Below, piece by piece: positions 28,304 through 39,210 of a stretch of 63,324 nucleotides of DNA. Position 1 is the first letter of the stretch. The number at the start of each line of letters is the position of its first letter. The stretch is from a virus (Duplodnaviria; Caudoviricetes), in the IMG/VR virus record IMGVR_UViG_3300020021_000007, positions 1 through 63,324 of that record; one strand, written 5' to 3'. Under the pieces are notes generated by a model. The model was not told the origin of the DNA, did no database searches, and worked only from the letters and a program-made list of their open reading frames with translations. A program made the translations under genes and the position numbers.

Positions 28304-28723
28304 ATGTCCCTGTACGCAAAGTTCGAAACCGACCGCTCACTCGAGAAGCAAGGTATCACGCTCGACTACGGTCCGAACAGCCAAGGCAAGCAAATTGAAA
28401 TCAAAATCGCTCGTGCTGGTGGTGCCAACACCACTTACTTGAAGCGTATGGAAGCACGCGCGAAACCGCACCGCTTGCAGATCCAACACGAAACCATTGA
28501 CCGCATCGTGCTGGAAAACATCGTCAAAGAAGTCTACGCGGAGACTGTGGTACTGGGTTGGAGTGGTGTCGAAGACCGCGAAGGCGCTGACATGCCGTTC
28601 ACGAAAGAGAACTGTATCAAGCTGTTCAACGACTTGCCCGAGCTGTATGCAGACATCCAGGCCCAAGCTCAAAGCGCTGCATTGTTCCGCACTGCGGTCA
28701 GAGAGACTGACGCAAAAAACTAG
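28304..28723 (+). CDS. Tail assembly chaperone (G)
   Basis: Between tail tube and TMP; ends in slippery A AAA AAC. Confidence 0.85.
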   Translation: MSLYAKFETDRSLEKQGITLDYGPNSQGKQIEIKIARAGGANTTYLKRMEARAKPHRLQIQHETIDRIVLENIVKEVYAETVVLGWSGVEDREGADMPFTKENCIKLFNDLPELYADIQAQAQSAALFRTAVRETDAKN

Positions 28724-29082
28724 AAGGGGTTCTGTTGTATTGGTTGGAACAGGGCCCCACTGAGAAAGTGATTATTGAGCAATGTGTCCGACAGCGCTTA
28801 CCGTTGCCGGACAAGATTGCAAACGCTCCGGAAATAGCTTTTGCGCTGGAAGTATATTACTTAGCGTTTATGGATTTGACGTCGTGTCGAGGAAGCGGGT
28901 ACGGGACAGAGGGCCCGATCAGTTGGTTGGCGATCCACCAATACGCTGACGCGAAAAGGTTTGAAGATGATCAGCGCGAAGACTTGTTTTATTTCGTCCA
29001 GAAGCTTGACATGGTTTACTTGAACTTCAAGACCAAGAAACTAAAAGAGAATATTCCGGGCGGAGGTCGAATAGGTGGGTGA
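28714..29082 (+). CDS. Tail chaperone -1 frameshift extension (GT)
   Basis: A-AAA-AAC at 28714-28720; -1 frame is continuous with ORF 28735-29082. Confidence 0.8.
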   Translation, partial: KKLEGVLLYWLEQGPTEKVIIEQCVRQRLPLPDKIANAPEIAFALEVYYLAFMDLTSCRGSGYGTEGPISWLAIHQYADAKRFEDDQREDLFYFVQKLDMVYLNFKTKKLKENIPGGGRIGG

Positions 29083-29085
29083 CGC

Positions 29086-29538
29086 ATGGCAGAGCTGAGC
29101 GACCTGAAGGGTGATTTAAATAAAGCAGGCGCAAACGTGATAGCCAATGCGGACCGCCTTGTGCGACGCTGTGCGCTTGCTACTGACGCTGCTGTGGTCA
29201 TTGCCACACCGGTCGACACTGGTCGAGCGCGAGCGAATTGGCAGGTGGAGCTCGGGCAAGCCGCAAGCGGTGTGATCGGCGACCCGAGCAACAAGAAAGA
29301 GACTTTCGACAAAAGCGGTCAGGGTGCGGTCAGTGAAGGCCGCAAAGTGATCGCAGGTTATAAGAGCGGCACGTCGGTGAACATCACCAACAACCTGCCT
29401 TATATCGAAAGGTTGAATGATGGTTGGTCGGCGCAAGCGCCGGCCGGGTTCGTCGAAAAAGCAGTGCAGGTTGGCATCAACGCTGTCGCTGCTGAAGCTG
29501 CGAACATTGTTGGTGGACAGGTCAAGGAGAACCCATAA
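29086..29538 (+). CDS. HK97 gp10-like tail completion protein
   Basis: TPVDTGRARANW, NNLPYIERLN.G.S.QAP.GFV. Confidence 0.85.
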   Translation: MAELSDLKGDLNKAGANVIANADRLVRRCALATDAAVVIATPVDTGRARANWQVELGQAASGVIGDPSNKKETFDKSGQGAVSEGRKVIAGYKSGTSVNITNNLPYIERLNDGWSAQAPAGFVEKAVQVGINAVAAEAANIVGGQVKENP

Positions 29539-32165
29539 TGGGAACGTCAAGCACCAGCAATATTAATATCGTCATCAAGGAAGACGGTTCGCGCGTTGTC
29601 AAGCGCAACCTGGACGACCTTGGTGAGAGCGCTGGCGGCGCTGACAAAGCAATTGAATCCTTGAAGGGTGCGCTTGAAGCGATCGCTGCGGCGGAAGGTG
29701 TGCGCGCCCTGGTTGAAATGGTCAACCAGTATCAGGAGCTGCACAATCAACTCATATTCACGACCACCAGCCAAGCGAACCTGAACGCGGTGTTCGAGAA
29801 GCTCACTGACGTTGCGGCAGCCACGCATACTTCTGTCGCTCAAAACGTCCAAGAATATTCTGCATTGTCCCAGGCTACACATGACCTTGGACTTTCGCAA
29901 GCCCAAGTTATTCAGTTCCAAACGCGCCTCAACGAAGCTGTGGGGCTCAGCGGTGCGGGCAGCAAGGACGCTGCGGGTGCTGTGGATTTGCTTGCCAAGT
30001 CCCTAGCGACCGGCAGGCTTGAGGGTGGTGGGTTTGCGCGCACATTGCAGCAAGTCCCTGTAGTTGGCGACATCCTTGCCAAGACCCTTGGTGTTACGCG
30101 CGGTCAGTTAAAAGACATGGCGGACACTGGCGAGCTCAGTGCGAAGCAACTTGTCGACGCATTTGCGAAAGCTGGCCCGGCGCTGGACAAACAGTTCAAA
30201 GGGCTTGCGCCAACGATCAGTGAAACCTTTGGTGAATTGAAAGACTCCGTCACCAATGCGGTGGGCATCTTCAGCACCGCAACCGGTGCGGGCAATACGC
30301 TTGCTGAAGGTATCCGCAGCCTTGCAGAGTTCGTCAAAGAAGCCACTCCGTTCGTCATCCAGTTCGCGAACGCTATCCAAGGCACCCTTGGTCCTAGCGA
30401 TCAGCTCAGCACGGGCATGAAGGTGTTCTCCACGATCATCATCGTACTGTACGGTGCGTTGAAACTGGTCGCAGAACTCTTGATCGACGGAGTTGTCGGC
30501 GGTTTCAAAACCGTCGGTGACTTGATCGGTGGTCTAGGTGCAACCATCTCCGCCTGGGCTGAAGGGGTCATTGACTCATTCAAGGCTGTCGTGGAAGGTG
30601 TGCTCGCAATCCCTGACGCAATCAAAGCAGCGAGCAAGGGTGACTTCGCAGCCGCTGGCAAGATTGTTGCTGATGCCTTTTCCAAACCCTGGGACGACGC
30701 AAGCAAGGACTTCGACCGCAGTGCGGCCGCGTTTGATGATACCGTTGCGGGACTTGCGGAGAACATCGGCAAGAACCTCACGACACAGTTTGACGATGTG
30801 GTTAAGGTGGGGCGCGAGACCTGGGACAAGCTCGACAAGATCTGGGACGAAGGTGCGCGCGACCTGAAGAAGAAAAGCGAACCGATTGGCGCGGTCAGCA
30901 CGAAGTCCGGCCCCAATGTGACCACACAGTTCAGCGCGCAAGAAATTGCAGCTACCCGCAAAGCGCTCGCGGACCTGCTCGCGCAGTTTGACCCGCTCAG
31001 CGCTGCGGTGCTGAAGTACGGTGACGCGCAGAAGCTCATCATCAAAGCTGAGCGTGAAGGTATTATCACCAAGGCGCAGGAAGTCACGTACCTCCAAGAG
31101 CTGGCGAAGCACTACGTTGATATCCTCGATCCCATCGGTGCGTACTCGCGCAAGATCACCGAACAGACTGACCTGTTGAAGTTCAGCCAGGAGCAGCGGC
31201 AGATTGAAACCGAGTTGCTGGCAAAGACCCAGGAATGGCAGAAGGCCGGTGTCAAGTTCACGCAAGACGAAATCGACGGGTTGCGCAGCAAGCTCCAAGC
31301 ACAACAGGACTTGAACAAAGTCGTGGCGCAGCAAGACACGTTGCTCGCAGATAGCGTGCAGAAGCGTCAAGCGTTTACGACGCAGCTCAGCGCGATTCAG
31401 AACTTGCTCTCTGACCCGAAGAGCGGGTTCAAAAAGAGCGATGCGAATAGCGCGCTTGCCGGTGCAAACCCGGACTTGTTTGCTGGCACGAAGGAACAGC
31501 TTGACGCGCAGCAAGCGACCTATCAGAACATGTACAACCAAATTGATCAAATGCGCCAAAAGGATTTAATCAGTGAGCAGACAGCTTCGCAGATGAAGGC
31601 GAAGGTTGCACTCCAAGCCAACGACCAGCGCTTGCAGAACGAAGACAAGTTCTTCGGCAGCTTGGCGAGCTTGAGTCATTCCAGCAATCGCGAAATTGCA
31701 GCCATCGGCAAAGCTGCCGCGATCGCGCAAGCAACCATTGACGGTATCGCAGCGGTGCAGAAGGCACTCGCGAGCGCACCGCCTCCGGTCAACTTTGCGC
31801 TGGCCGCTGCGGTCGGTGTGGAAACCGCTGCCAACATCGCAAACATTGCAGGTATAGGGTTCGCAACCGGTGGCACGTTTAATGTTGGGGGTAGCGGCGG
31901 CACCGACAGCCAAATCGTTGCATTCCGCGCTACACCGGGAGAACACGTTGCGGTCAGTACCCCACAGCAGCTACGCCAAGGGGGTGGTGGTGGCCAGCAG
32001 GGTGGCGGTCAACAAGCTCCGAATGTTACAGTTAACCCGCAGATTATCAACGTGCGCGATCCGAGCGAAATCCCGACAGCAATTCAGAGCGATGAAGGGA
32101 CTAAAGCGATCTTGAACGTCATCAGCAACAACAGTTCAGCTGTTAAGAATTTCCTCGGAGGCTAA
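29538..32165 (+). CDS. Tape measure protein
   Basis: 875 aa Ala-rich helical, N-terminal tape-measure domain, GFATGG near C-terminus. Confidence 0.92.
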   Translation: MGTSSTSNINIVIKEDGSRVVKRNLDDLGESAGGADKAIESLKGALEAIAAAEGVRALVEMVNQYQELHNQLIFTTTSQANLNAVFEKLTDVAAATHTSVAQNVQEYSALSQATHDLGLSQAQVIQFQTRLNEAVGLSGAGSKDAAGAVDLLAKSLATGRLEGGGFARTLQQVPVVGDILAKTLGVTRGQLKDMADTGELSAKQLVDAFAKAGPALDKQFKGLAPTISETFGELKDSVTNAVGIFSTATGAGNTLAEGIRSLAEFVKEATPFVIQFANAIQGTLGPSDQLSTGMKVFSTIIIVLYGALKLVAELLIDGVVGGFKTVGDLIGGLGATISAWAEGVIDSFKAVVEGVLAIPDAIKAASKGDFAAAGKIVADAFSKPWDDASKDFDRSAAAFDDTVAGLAENIGKNLTTQFDDVVKVGRETWDKLDKIWDEGARDLKKKSEPIGAVSTKSGPNVTTQFSAQEIAATRKALADLLAQFDPLSAAVLKYGDAQKLIIKAEREGIITKAQEVTYLQELAKHYVDILDPIGAYSRKITEQTDLLKFSQEQRQIETELLAKTQEWQKAGVKFTQDEIDGLRSKLQAQQDLNKVVAQQDTLLADSVQKRQAFTTQLSAIQNLLSDPKSGFKKSDANSALAGANPDLFAGTKEQLDAQQATYQNMYNQIDQMRQKDLISEQTASQMKAKVALQANDQRLQNEDKFFGSLASLSHSSNREIAAIGKAAAIAQATIDGIAAVQKALASAPPPVNFALAAAVGVETAANIANIAGIGFATGGTFNVGGSGGTDSQIVAFRATPGEHVAVSTPQQLRQGGGGGQQGGGQQAPNVTVNPQIINVRDPSEIPTAIQSDEGTKAILNVISNNSSAVKNFLGG

Positions 32166-32166
32166 G

Positions 32167-33204
32167 ATGGCATGGGCTCAAGCTACAGCGAATGATTGGA
32201 TCGACATGCTCCGGTTGCTGACCTCGTTTGCAACCGGTGGAGTCAATGCGCACACCGCTGGCGGCAAGTGGATTGATGGCACCTCCGGTGTCGTAGGATC
32301 AACAGATGTATGGACCCAATTGTCGAACGGCGGCCTCCAACCTTCCTTGCCTGGTTCTGGCTCTGCAACTGACGGTGAGTTGTATCTCCAAGGCCAGGGC
32401 TCAAGCGGCACCGACCAGATTATCGTCGGCATGCAAACGTATCGCAACGTCGGCAACAACGTGTTCGGTATCAAGCTTCAAGGCTACACCGCGTTCGACA
32501 ATACGTTGGCATTCGCAACGATGCCCGGTGTATCGCCTACCACCTTCACCGCGCTCGCCAACGTCTCGTTCAACTGCTTCTTCTGGGTCAACGCTCGACG
32601 TATCATGGTAGCTGCGCGTATCGGCACAACTGACGTGTTTTTCACGTTCGGGTATATGCTGCCGTTTGCAACCGCAAATCAATATCCCTACCCATTGTTC
32701 ATCACTGGGTCAGTACAAGACGTCACATACAACTTCCAACAGAACAATTTCGGACAGTCGTGCTTCCCTGACCCTTGCCCGAACGGTTGCTATTTCCGCT
32801 GGGTTGATGGCACCTGGATCAGTGTCATCCATTACAGCAGCAACAATGCTTCGCGCCCGAGCGCGCTCAACAACACAAACCCGTATCTATGGTACCCGCT
32901 GCGTGATAATACCACGGGCGACGGCACGGAGAATGACGGCACGGGCAGTGAGTTGAACTTGTTTGGTGGATACAGTGCTACCAGCGTGATCGTTTCACCT
33001 TCGCAAATCGGTGCGTACCCGCTGTATCCGGTGATCTTGGTGAATCCGAACCAACTGATTGGGCAAGTTGACGGTATGTACGTAGTTCCGGGACAGGGGC
33101 TTTCTGCGGGTGACACGGTTACTGTAGGCAGCGATACCTACGATGTGTTCCACAACACCTGGCGCACTGAGTTCCCGGACTTCTTCTGCATAAAGAGGGC
33201 CTAA
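32167..33204 (+). CDS. Tail structural protein
   Basis: After TMP; C-terminus similar to next gene. Confidence 0.7.
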   Translation: MAWAQATANDWIDMLRLLTSFATGGVNAHTAGGKWIDGTSGVVGSTDVWTQLSNGGLQPSLPGSGSATDGELYLQGQGSSGTDQIIVGMQTYRNVGNNVFGIKLQGYTAFDNTLAFATMPGVSPTTFTALANVSFNCFFWVNARRIMVAARIGTTDVFFTFGYMLPFATANQYPYPLFITGSVQDVTYNFQQNNFGQSCFPDPCPNGCYFRWVDGTWISVIHYSSNNASRPSALNNTNPYLWYPLRDNTTGDGTENDGTGSELNLFGGYSATSVIVSPSQIGAYPLYPVILVNPNQLIGQVDGMYVVPGQGLSAGDTVTVGSDTYDVFHNTWRTEFPDFFCIKRA

Positions 33205-33205
33205 C

Positions 33206-34222
33206 ATGGCTTATTCAAACGTCACTGCCCTTGCGAACATGGATGCGGTGCTAACTGCGTTGACCACATTCTTGAACGGTTTGACCGGGTGGACGCTGCA
33301 CACCAATCTCGGTTCACCGAGCGTAGGTTCCGCCGCTGGCGGTCATGTCACCATTGCTTCCAACGGCACCACAATGGTTGGCTTGCGTTCAACCACGGGC
33401 AGCGCTGCGGGTAACGCGTTGATGCTCTTCAGCGGTCTCGGTGCGTACTCTTCTGGTATAGAAGGTTCATTGAATGGTGATGACGGTATTGGCGCGTCCT
33501 ATACAACTGCGGGTATCACAACCGGCAATCCAACCTTCCGGGGTTTTCAGAATCTCACTGGGCCGTTCCCGAACCTGTACATGTTCTCAAATGCTGCGGG
33601 CGATTACTGCCACGCGGTGCTGGAATGGTCCGCGGGCAAGTTCCGTCATATGGCTTTCGGCAAGGTGACTCAATTTGGTACGTGGCTAGGCGGAAATGGG
33701 TCGTATTTTGCTGGGTCGTTCTGGTCGCAAAGCGGCTTGGGCAGTGGTACATCTCAAATTATCAACCAGCCTGCATCAACTCAACACTCTCTTCCATTCG
33801 ACAATCGCACTGGGGGGCCAAGCGCGTTATGCGATTGGACGCTCAACTATTCCAACGGTACTGACGTATGGATCGGTCCGACCGAACAATTGTTCGGCGC
33901 GGTGCAACACCGTACAGGACGAGGTTCGATACGCGCTGGCGCTGCGCGTATGTATAAAAACATTCAAGAATCTCTGTTCACTGGGTTGATTCCGCTTGGT
34001 CCTATTGTTCTTGGAGCGGAAAAGCTTAGCGACTCACCTCCCACGATTCGTTATGTCGGGCAAGTGCCCGACATTCGTACGGTCAACATTGCGCATCTGA
34101 CTCCCGCGCAAGAATTCTCCATCGGTTCTGACACCTGGAAGGTCTTCCCGTTTGCTTCTAAAGGATCGACAAACGGCCAAGAATCTAGCTTGTTTGGCGG
34201 TCTAGCCTACAAGAAGATCTAA
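33206..34222 (+). CDS. Tail structural protein
   Basis: IGSDTWKVFP vs VGSDTYDVF in preceding gene. Confidence 0.7.
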   Translation: MAYSNVTALANMDAVLTALTTFLNGLTGWTLHTNLGSPSVGSAAGGHVTIASNGTTMVGLRSTTGSAAGNALMLFSGLGAYSSGIEGSLNGDDGIGASYTTAGITTGNPTFRGFQNLTGPFPNLYMFSNAAGDYCHAVLEWSAGKFRHMAFGKVTQFGTWLGGNGSYFAGSFWSQSGLGSGTSQIINQPASTQHSLPFDNRTGGPSALCDWTLNYSNGTDVWIGPTEQLFGAVQHRTGRGSIRAGAARMYKNIQESLFTGLIPLGPIVLGAEKLSDSPPTIRYVGQVPDIRTVNIAHLTPAQEFSIGSDTWKVFPFASKGSTNGQESSLFGGLAYKKI

Positions 34223-34223
34223 C

Positions 34224-35918
34224 ATGACCGCGCAGACGGGTTACATGTTTCCGACAGTGATCCAGTATCAGCATCCAATGGCTGGCGCGATTACTTCGAA
34301 CCCGTTGCAGTTGCCACCAGCGCTGACACTTGTTGATCCCGAACCACATTTCGCGTTGTTCGGTGTGAAGCATAAAGTCACACAACCCGCTTCGCAGACC
34401 TTCAGCCAGGGCGGTTACTTGTTCCCTGGTTACGGGAATGACCTGTTCAATCATTGGTTGCTCGTGCCCGCACGACTTGACATGGGCAACCTGCTGACGA
34501 ATCAAGCACGCAACGTCGAAGTTGCAAACATGTTCTTTACTGCGCAGGATATCGACACTGTGGTCAATAGCGGTGGTGGGGGTATTTCGCTGAGCGGGGT
34601 ACCTTCGCTCCCGCACACTGTGAATCCTTTCGACAGCATTGTCTTGAGTGTATCAATCAGTGCAGACGGCGCACCGAACATCAACGGTACCATCGACTTC
34701 ACGTTCGGAGGCGGGGCAGCGCCTATCAGCTTGCCGCTGACTGGTACCCGCATCACCCTGTTCCCATGGCAGCCTGACATTCCGGTCACAGAAACACTTG
34801 AATGGACCACAGACGTCATGATTTCCGCAAATGACACTGAACAGCGGGCAAGTATCCTACTCGCTGCGCGTCAGCGCATTCGCATGTCGGTGGCATTTGA
34901 TACAGCGATTGATTGGCAACGCGCTCATAACGTATTGTTCGATTGGATGCCACGCGTGTTCGGTATACCCATCTGGTGGGAGCAACGTCCGTTGTCCGCT
35001 GCGGTAGGGGCTGGTCAAGACTTCTTACCGTGTGACACCAACTACGGTGACTTCCGCGAGGGCGGGTTGGTCATGATTATCAACACAGTCGACGGTACAT
35101 TCGAAGCATTTGAAATTGACACGTTCACAGGTACACAGATCAATCTGACATCGCTGGTGCAGAATGACTATGCAAAGACAGCGATGGTGATGCCGGTGCG
35201 CAGCGGCTATCTGAGCTCAACGCCAAACGGTTCGCGCAAGCTGAACAACTTCGAAACATTGAGCGTTGAATTCTTGACGCTAGACAATGTTGATCTCAGC
35301 GACACAACTGGCGCAGCTACGTTGAACGGGCTCGTGTTGTTTGATGACCCGAATGCATGTGGTGACTCGCTTGCTGAAACCTGGAGCCGCGACATTACTG
35401 TCATTGACGGCAAGTCCGGGCGCGTGTTCCAGACAACTTTAATTGATCGTTCACGCATCCATACGAAGAAGGGTTGGGCACTGAACAGCTTGCAAGACAC
35501 CTGGCGCGTGCGTCGGTTGTTGCATTCGTTCAAGGGCAATTTCAACACGTTCTATTTGCCGACGTTCCGCACTGACTTCACATTGTCTGAAGATATCACT
35601 GGCGGCGCAACGAGCTTCCGCGTCACGCACAATGGTTACACCCAGTTCATACAGTCCCGCGCGCCGATGAACTACGTGCGGTTGCTGTTCAATGACGGTA
35701 CATATTTGATTCGGCAGATTACAGGTTCAAGCGAAGATGACGATGAGGAGGTGATCCAAATTCTCAGCACGTTCTCAGGCACGCTTATTTCGCGGTCATT
35801 GATCCACCGCATGGAGCTAGTCGTGCTAATGCGCATCGAAGACGACAAGGCAACATTCGATCATTCTTCAGCAGGGGTTTCAGACGTTACTATCAACGTC
35901 GTGAGTACCAAAGGATAA
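34224..35918 (+). CDS. Distal tail / baseplate protein
   Basis: ETLEWTTDV....EQR motif; synteny. Confidence 0.7.
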   Translation: MTAQTGYMFPTVIQYQHPMAGAITSNPLQLPPALTLVDPEPHFALFGVKHKVTQPASQTFSQGGYLFPGYGNDLFNHWLLVPARLDMGNLLTNQARNVEVANMFFTAQDIDTVVNSGGGGISLSGVPSLPHTVNPFDSIVLSVSISADGAPNINGTIDFTFGGGAAPISLPLTGTRITLFPWQPDIPVTETLEWTTDVMISANDTEQRASILLAARQRIRMSVAFDTAIDWQRAHNVLFDWMPRVFGIPIWWEQRPLSAAVGAGQDFLPCDTNYGDFREGGLVMIINTVDGTFEAFEIDTFTGTQINLTSLVQNDYAKTAMVMPVRSGYLSSTPNGSRKLNNFETLSVEFLTLDNVDLSDTTGAATLNGLVLFDDPNACGDSLAETWSRDITVIDGKSGRVFQTTLIDRSRIHTKKGWALNSLQDTWRVRRLLHSFKGNFNTFYLPTFRTDFTLSEDITGGATSFRVTHNGYTQFIQSRAPMNYVRLLFNDGTYLIRQITGSSEDDDEEVIQILSTFSGTLISRSLIHRMELVVLMRIEDDKATFDHSSAGVSDVTINVVSTKG

Positions 35919-35921
35919 GCC

Positions 35922-36734
35922 ATGGCATTCGATACATTTGAAAGTGCTGGCGGTCGCCCAATTGAATTCTACGAGTTCAGTTACCAGGGGCGCACGCTGC
36001 GTTACACCAGCGCGGACCGCGACATTACTATCGATGCGGTCACCTACTCCGCTACGACCATCAGTCGTTCAACATTTGTTGACACGAATGACATTGCAAA
36101 AGCGACGCTGACACTGACCTGCGAACCTCACTTCGAAGTCAGTGAGCTGTTCAATACCGAACCACCCGATGACGTCGTTGGCTTGGTGCTGAAGCGTTTT
36201 CAGAACGACGACCCGGACTTGGAAGTAAAGGCAATTTGGTTGGGACGTGTGGTCAACTGCGCATGGCCTACCAATCAGTCGACGCTTCGTTGCGAGTCCA
36301 TTTACACAGCGCTGAAGCAACCGGGGTTGCGTCGTCCGTACTCCAAGAATTGTACCTATGTTGTGTATGGAGATGAGTGTCAATTAGACATCGGTGCGTT
36401 CACGACTGTCAACACCATTGACTCGCAAACCGGCAACGTTATCAATGGTTCAATATTTGCGACGCAACCCGACGGGTTCTGGGCAGGCGGCCGCATCTAC
36501 TGGGAGCAGACGCCAGGGTTCATCGTGAAGCGCGGTATCAAAAACCATGTTGGTTCGCAGATTGAGGTGACCCATACAATGCCTGGCCTTCCCCCTGGTG
36601 CAACGGTGAGTATTGTCCCAGGCTGTGACCACACCTTCGCGACGTGCGCCGCTAAGTTCAGCAACAGCATTAATTACGGCGGGCAGCCCAATATGCAGAA
36701 CAAGAACCCCTTCGGTTCTGCAAACGTATTCTAG
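35922..36734 (+). CDS. BR0599/DUF2163-like tail tip protein (four-Cys Fe-S motif)
   Basis: YTSAD, C..VVYG.EC, PGCDHTFATC..KF.N..NYGG. Confidence 0.85.
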   Translation: MAFDTFESAGGRPIEFYEFSYQGRTLRYTSADRDITIDAVTYSATTISRSTFVDTNDIAKATLTLTCEPHFEVSELFNTEPPDDVVGLVLKRFQNDDPDLEVKAIWLGRVVNCAWPTNQSTLRCESIYTALKQPGLRRPYSKNCTYVVYGDECQLDIGAFTTVNTIDSQTGNVINGSIFATQPDGFWAGGRIYWEQTPGFIVKRGIKNHVGSQIEVTHTMPGLPPGATVSIVPGCDHTFATCAAKFSNSINYGGQPNMQNKNPFGSANVF

Positions 36735-36743
36735 GACGCAACG

Positions 36744-38852
36744 ATGTTCATTATTGACGACATCATTATCATTATCGTTGCGATTGCGCTCTCCATTGCG
36801 CTCGCTCCCAAACCCCCGCGCCCCAAAGCTGCAACCATCAGTGACTTCGACCTCCCAACTGCGGAGGAAGGACGCGCGATACCGGTGGTGTTCGGACAGT
36901 GCGATATCACAGGCCCGAACGTGTTGTGGTACGGCGACTTATCCACTACACCGATCCGCAAGCACAGCTTGTTCAGCTCTACAACGGTTGGTTACCAATA
37001 CTATCTCGGCTTTCACTTGGGGTTGTGCCACGGACCCGTTGACGCAATCACGCGCGTTACTTGGGCTGACAAGATTGCTTGGCAGGGGAACATCACCGCG
37101 AGCGGTACTTCCGGAATCAGTCGGCCCAACTTATTCGGAGGCGAGACGCGTGAAGGTGGAATTGTTGGCGCATTCGACGTCATCATGGGCGGTCCCACCG
37201 AACCAATCAACACATATCTGAACACTGTCCTTGGCGCTGTGCCTGCTTACCGTGGCATTACGAGCTTCGTATGGAAGACGCGCAACCAGACTACGAACTA
37301 CACGCTTGACGATGGTTCAATCGCTGTGGGCGCTACCGCACAGTCGGGCAATGTAGGCACAACCCCATACATGAAGCCTGTTGCGATCCGGGTGCGCCGC
37401 ATTCAGCAAGGTTGGTCGACCGGGGGCGTGTGGTACTCAGCGAAGGCAGAAATTGATTCTTCCAATGTTTTCAGTAGCGCGCCGACTTGGACAGCATCAT
37501 TCGGTTCGCAGTTGCGCGGCGCGATCAACAGTTCGCAAACCTCTATCGGTTACCCGACGTCAGACAGCAATATCAACGCGGACACGCTTGGGTTCATTCT
37601 TATTGACTCCGAATGGATGAAGGTAACGGCGGTCAACACCAGTACGAATGCACTGACCGTTGTCCGCGCGCAGTTTGGTACTACGGGTGCCACACACGCT
37701 GACGGTGAACCGATACTGTACTGGCTTGCGGACACCAGTACCACCACCAGCATGAACGCTGCGCATATTATCTATCAGTTGCTCACTGACCCGCGCTGGG
37801 GCAATGGGTTGCCCGTTACGTCATTGAACGACACCGCGTTCCGTGCCGCAGCTGACACGTTCTTTGCCGAAGGCATGGGTCTGTGTATGCAGTGGGTGCA
37901 GGCTGCAACCGTCGGTGACTTCTTGGCAATCGTGTTGACCCATTGCAATGCATCGCTTGTGTTCGACCCGGTAGCAGGTCTGTACTCGCTAATACCGATT
38001 CGCGGCGGTTACGACGTCAGCACGTTGCCGCTTTACGACGAAACCAATATCGCTTCTTTGGACGATTGCCAGATGCCTGGCTACGCGGACCAGCCCAACG
38101 AAGTTACGATCACGTATACCGATCCAGCTTCAGGCAAGTCCACCGCGATCACCGCACAGAACATTGCATCGGTTGATATTCAAGGTAAGGTTGTTCCGGT
38201 GACAATTGACCTGTCGGGTATCCGGTCGCACCAGCTTGCTTTCAACACGATGGGACGTGAGCTCAGCAGTCGCACGACCCCGCTGATCCGCATCAAGATC
38301 AAAATTAACCGGTCAGCTTGGAAGATGAAAACGTCCGGGTTGTTTAAGTTCAGTTGGGCAGACCGTAAACTGAGCAATGTGGTCATGCGCGCTATCTCCG
38401 TTGACCGAGGTACGTTGCAAGCGAACATGATTACGATTGACGCTGTGCAAGATATCTTTGCGCTGGGTTTGTCGAACTACGTGCTTGCGACCAACCCGTC
38501 ACCGAGCACGTACTCACCGCCCACACCGAGCACCGCAGTTGAGAACAGCGGTGGTTCGATTATCAGTTCTAGCGTTACAGCACCTCCTGGCTCTCCTGCT
38601 GATCTTGATACCTATATGGTACCCGTTGGTGCGACCGGTGCGTGGTCAGGTAAGACCGGTAACCTTGCGCGGTGGGATGCGAATACGAACGCATGGGTGT
38701 TCATACCGGTCCCCGCTGGTGTGCCCTTGTACGACAACTCAACCAGCGGGTACACTACGGTGAACGCGCTCGGTCAGCCTGTTGCAGCCAACCTCGGCGG
38801 AAGTGGCTTAGATTTGTCCGCCATGTTGCAACTCCGCGTCTTTGGAGAATGA
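36744..38852 (+). CDS. Central tail tip / hub protein with C-terminal DUF2793-like domain
   Basis: PTAEEGRAIPVVFG, LCHGPVD, PAYRG, MNAAHII; PPGSPADLDTY..GAWSG. Confidence 0.8.
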   Translation: MFIIDDIIIIIVAIALSIALAPKPPRPKAATISDFDLPTAEEGRAIPVVFGQCDITGPNVLWYGDLSTTPIRKHSLFSSTTVGYQYYLGFHLGLCHGPVDAITRVTWADKIAWQGNITASGTSGISRPNLFGGETREGGIVGAFDVIMGGPTEPINTYLNTVLGAVPAYRGITSFVWKTRNQTTNYTLDDGSIAVGATAQSGNVGTTPYMKPVAIRVRRIQQGWSTGGVWYSAKAEIDSSNVFSSAPTWTASFGSQLRGAINSSQTSIGYPTSDSNINADTLGFILIDSEWMKVTAVNTSTNALTVVRAQFGTTGATHADGEPILYWLADTSTTTSMNAAHIIYQLLTDPRWGNGLPVTSLNDTAFRAAADTFFAEGMGLCMQWVQAATVGDFLAIVLTHCNASLVFDPVAGLYSLIPIRGGYDVSTLPLYDETNIASLDDCQMPGYADQPNEVTITYTDPASGKSTAITAQNIASVDIQGKVVPVTIDLSGIRSHQLAFNTMGRELSSRTTPLIRIKIKINRSAWKMKTSGLFKFSWADRKLSNVVMRAISVDRGTLQANMITIDAVQDIFALGLSNYVLATNPSPSTYSPPTPSTAVENSGGSIISSSVTAPPGSPADLDTYMVPVGATGAWSGKTGNLARWDANTNAWVFIPVPAGVPLYDNSTSGYTTVNALGQPVAANLGGSGLDLSAMLQLRVFGE

Positions 38853-38853
38853 T

Positions 38854-39210
38854 ATGAACTTTGCTAAAATTCCGCTTTCCGGTTCAACCGACTTTGCTCC
38901 AATTAAAGTACATCAGACTGCAATTGCATCCGGTGACACCATACACACCGGTGGCGGAGCGCTTCCCGCATTTGACGAACTCTATGTGTATGTCACCAAC
39001 ACCGACACAGCTGACCGCATGTTGACTCTTGCATATGCAGGCACGACAGATCCTGACAATATGATGTGCAAAAACATCTTGATCGCAGCGAATAGCGGAC
39101 CGACACCAGTGCTCACCGGTCACGCGGCAACAAATGCGAAGGTATTGAAAGCGTCGGCAGATGTTGCTGACAAATTGACCATTACCGGGTTCGCGAACCG
39201 AGCGACGTAA
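38854..39210 (+). CDS. Tail-associated protein
   Basis: Position, beta-rich. Confidence 0.6.
   Translation: MNFAKIPLSGSTDFAPIKVHQTAIASGDTIHTGGGALPAFDELYVYVTNTDTADRMLTLAYAGTTDPDNMMCKNILIAANSGPTPVLTGHAATNAKVLKASADVADKLTITGFANRAT

Noticed and set aside
27388-31559. Long antisense ORFs (27388-28287, 30576-31559; also 53984-54967)
   Set aside because: Shadow frames of strongly codon-biased GC-rich genes, with no SD or recognisable motifs
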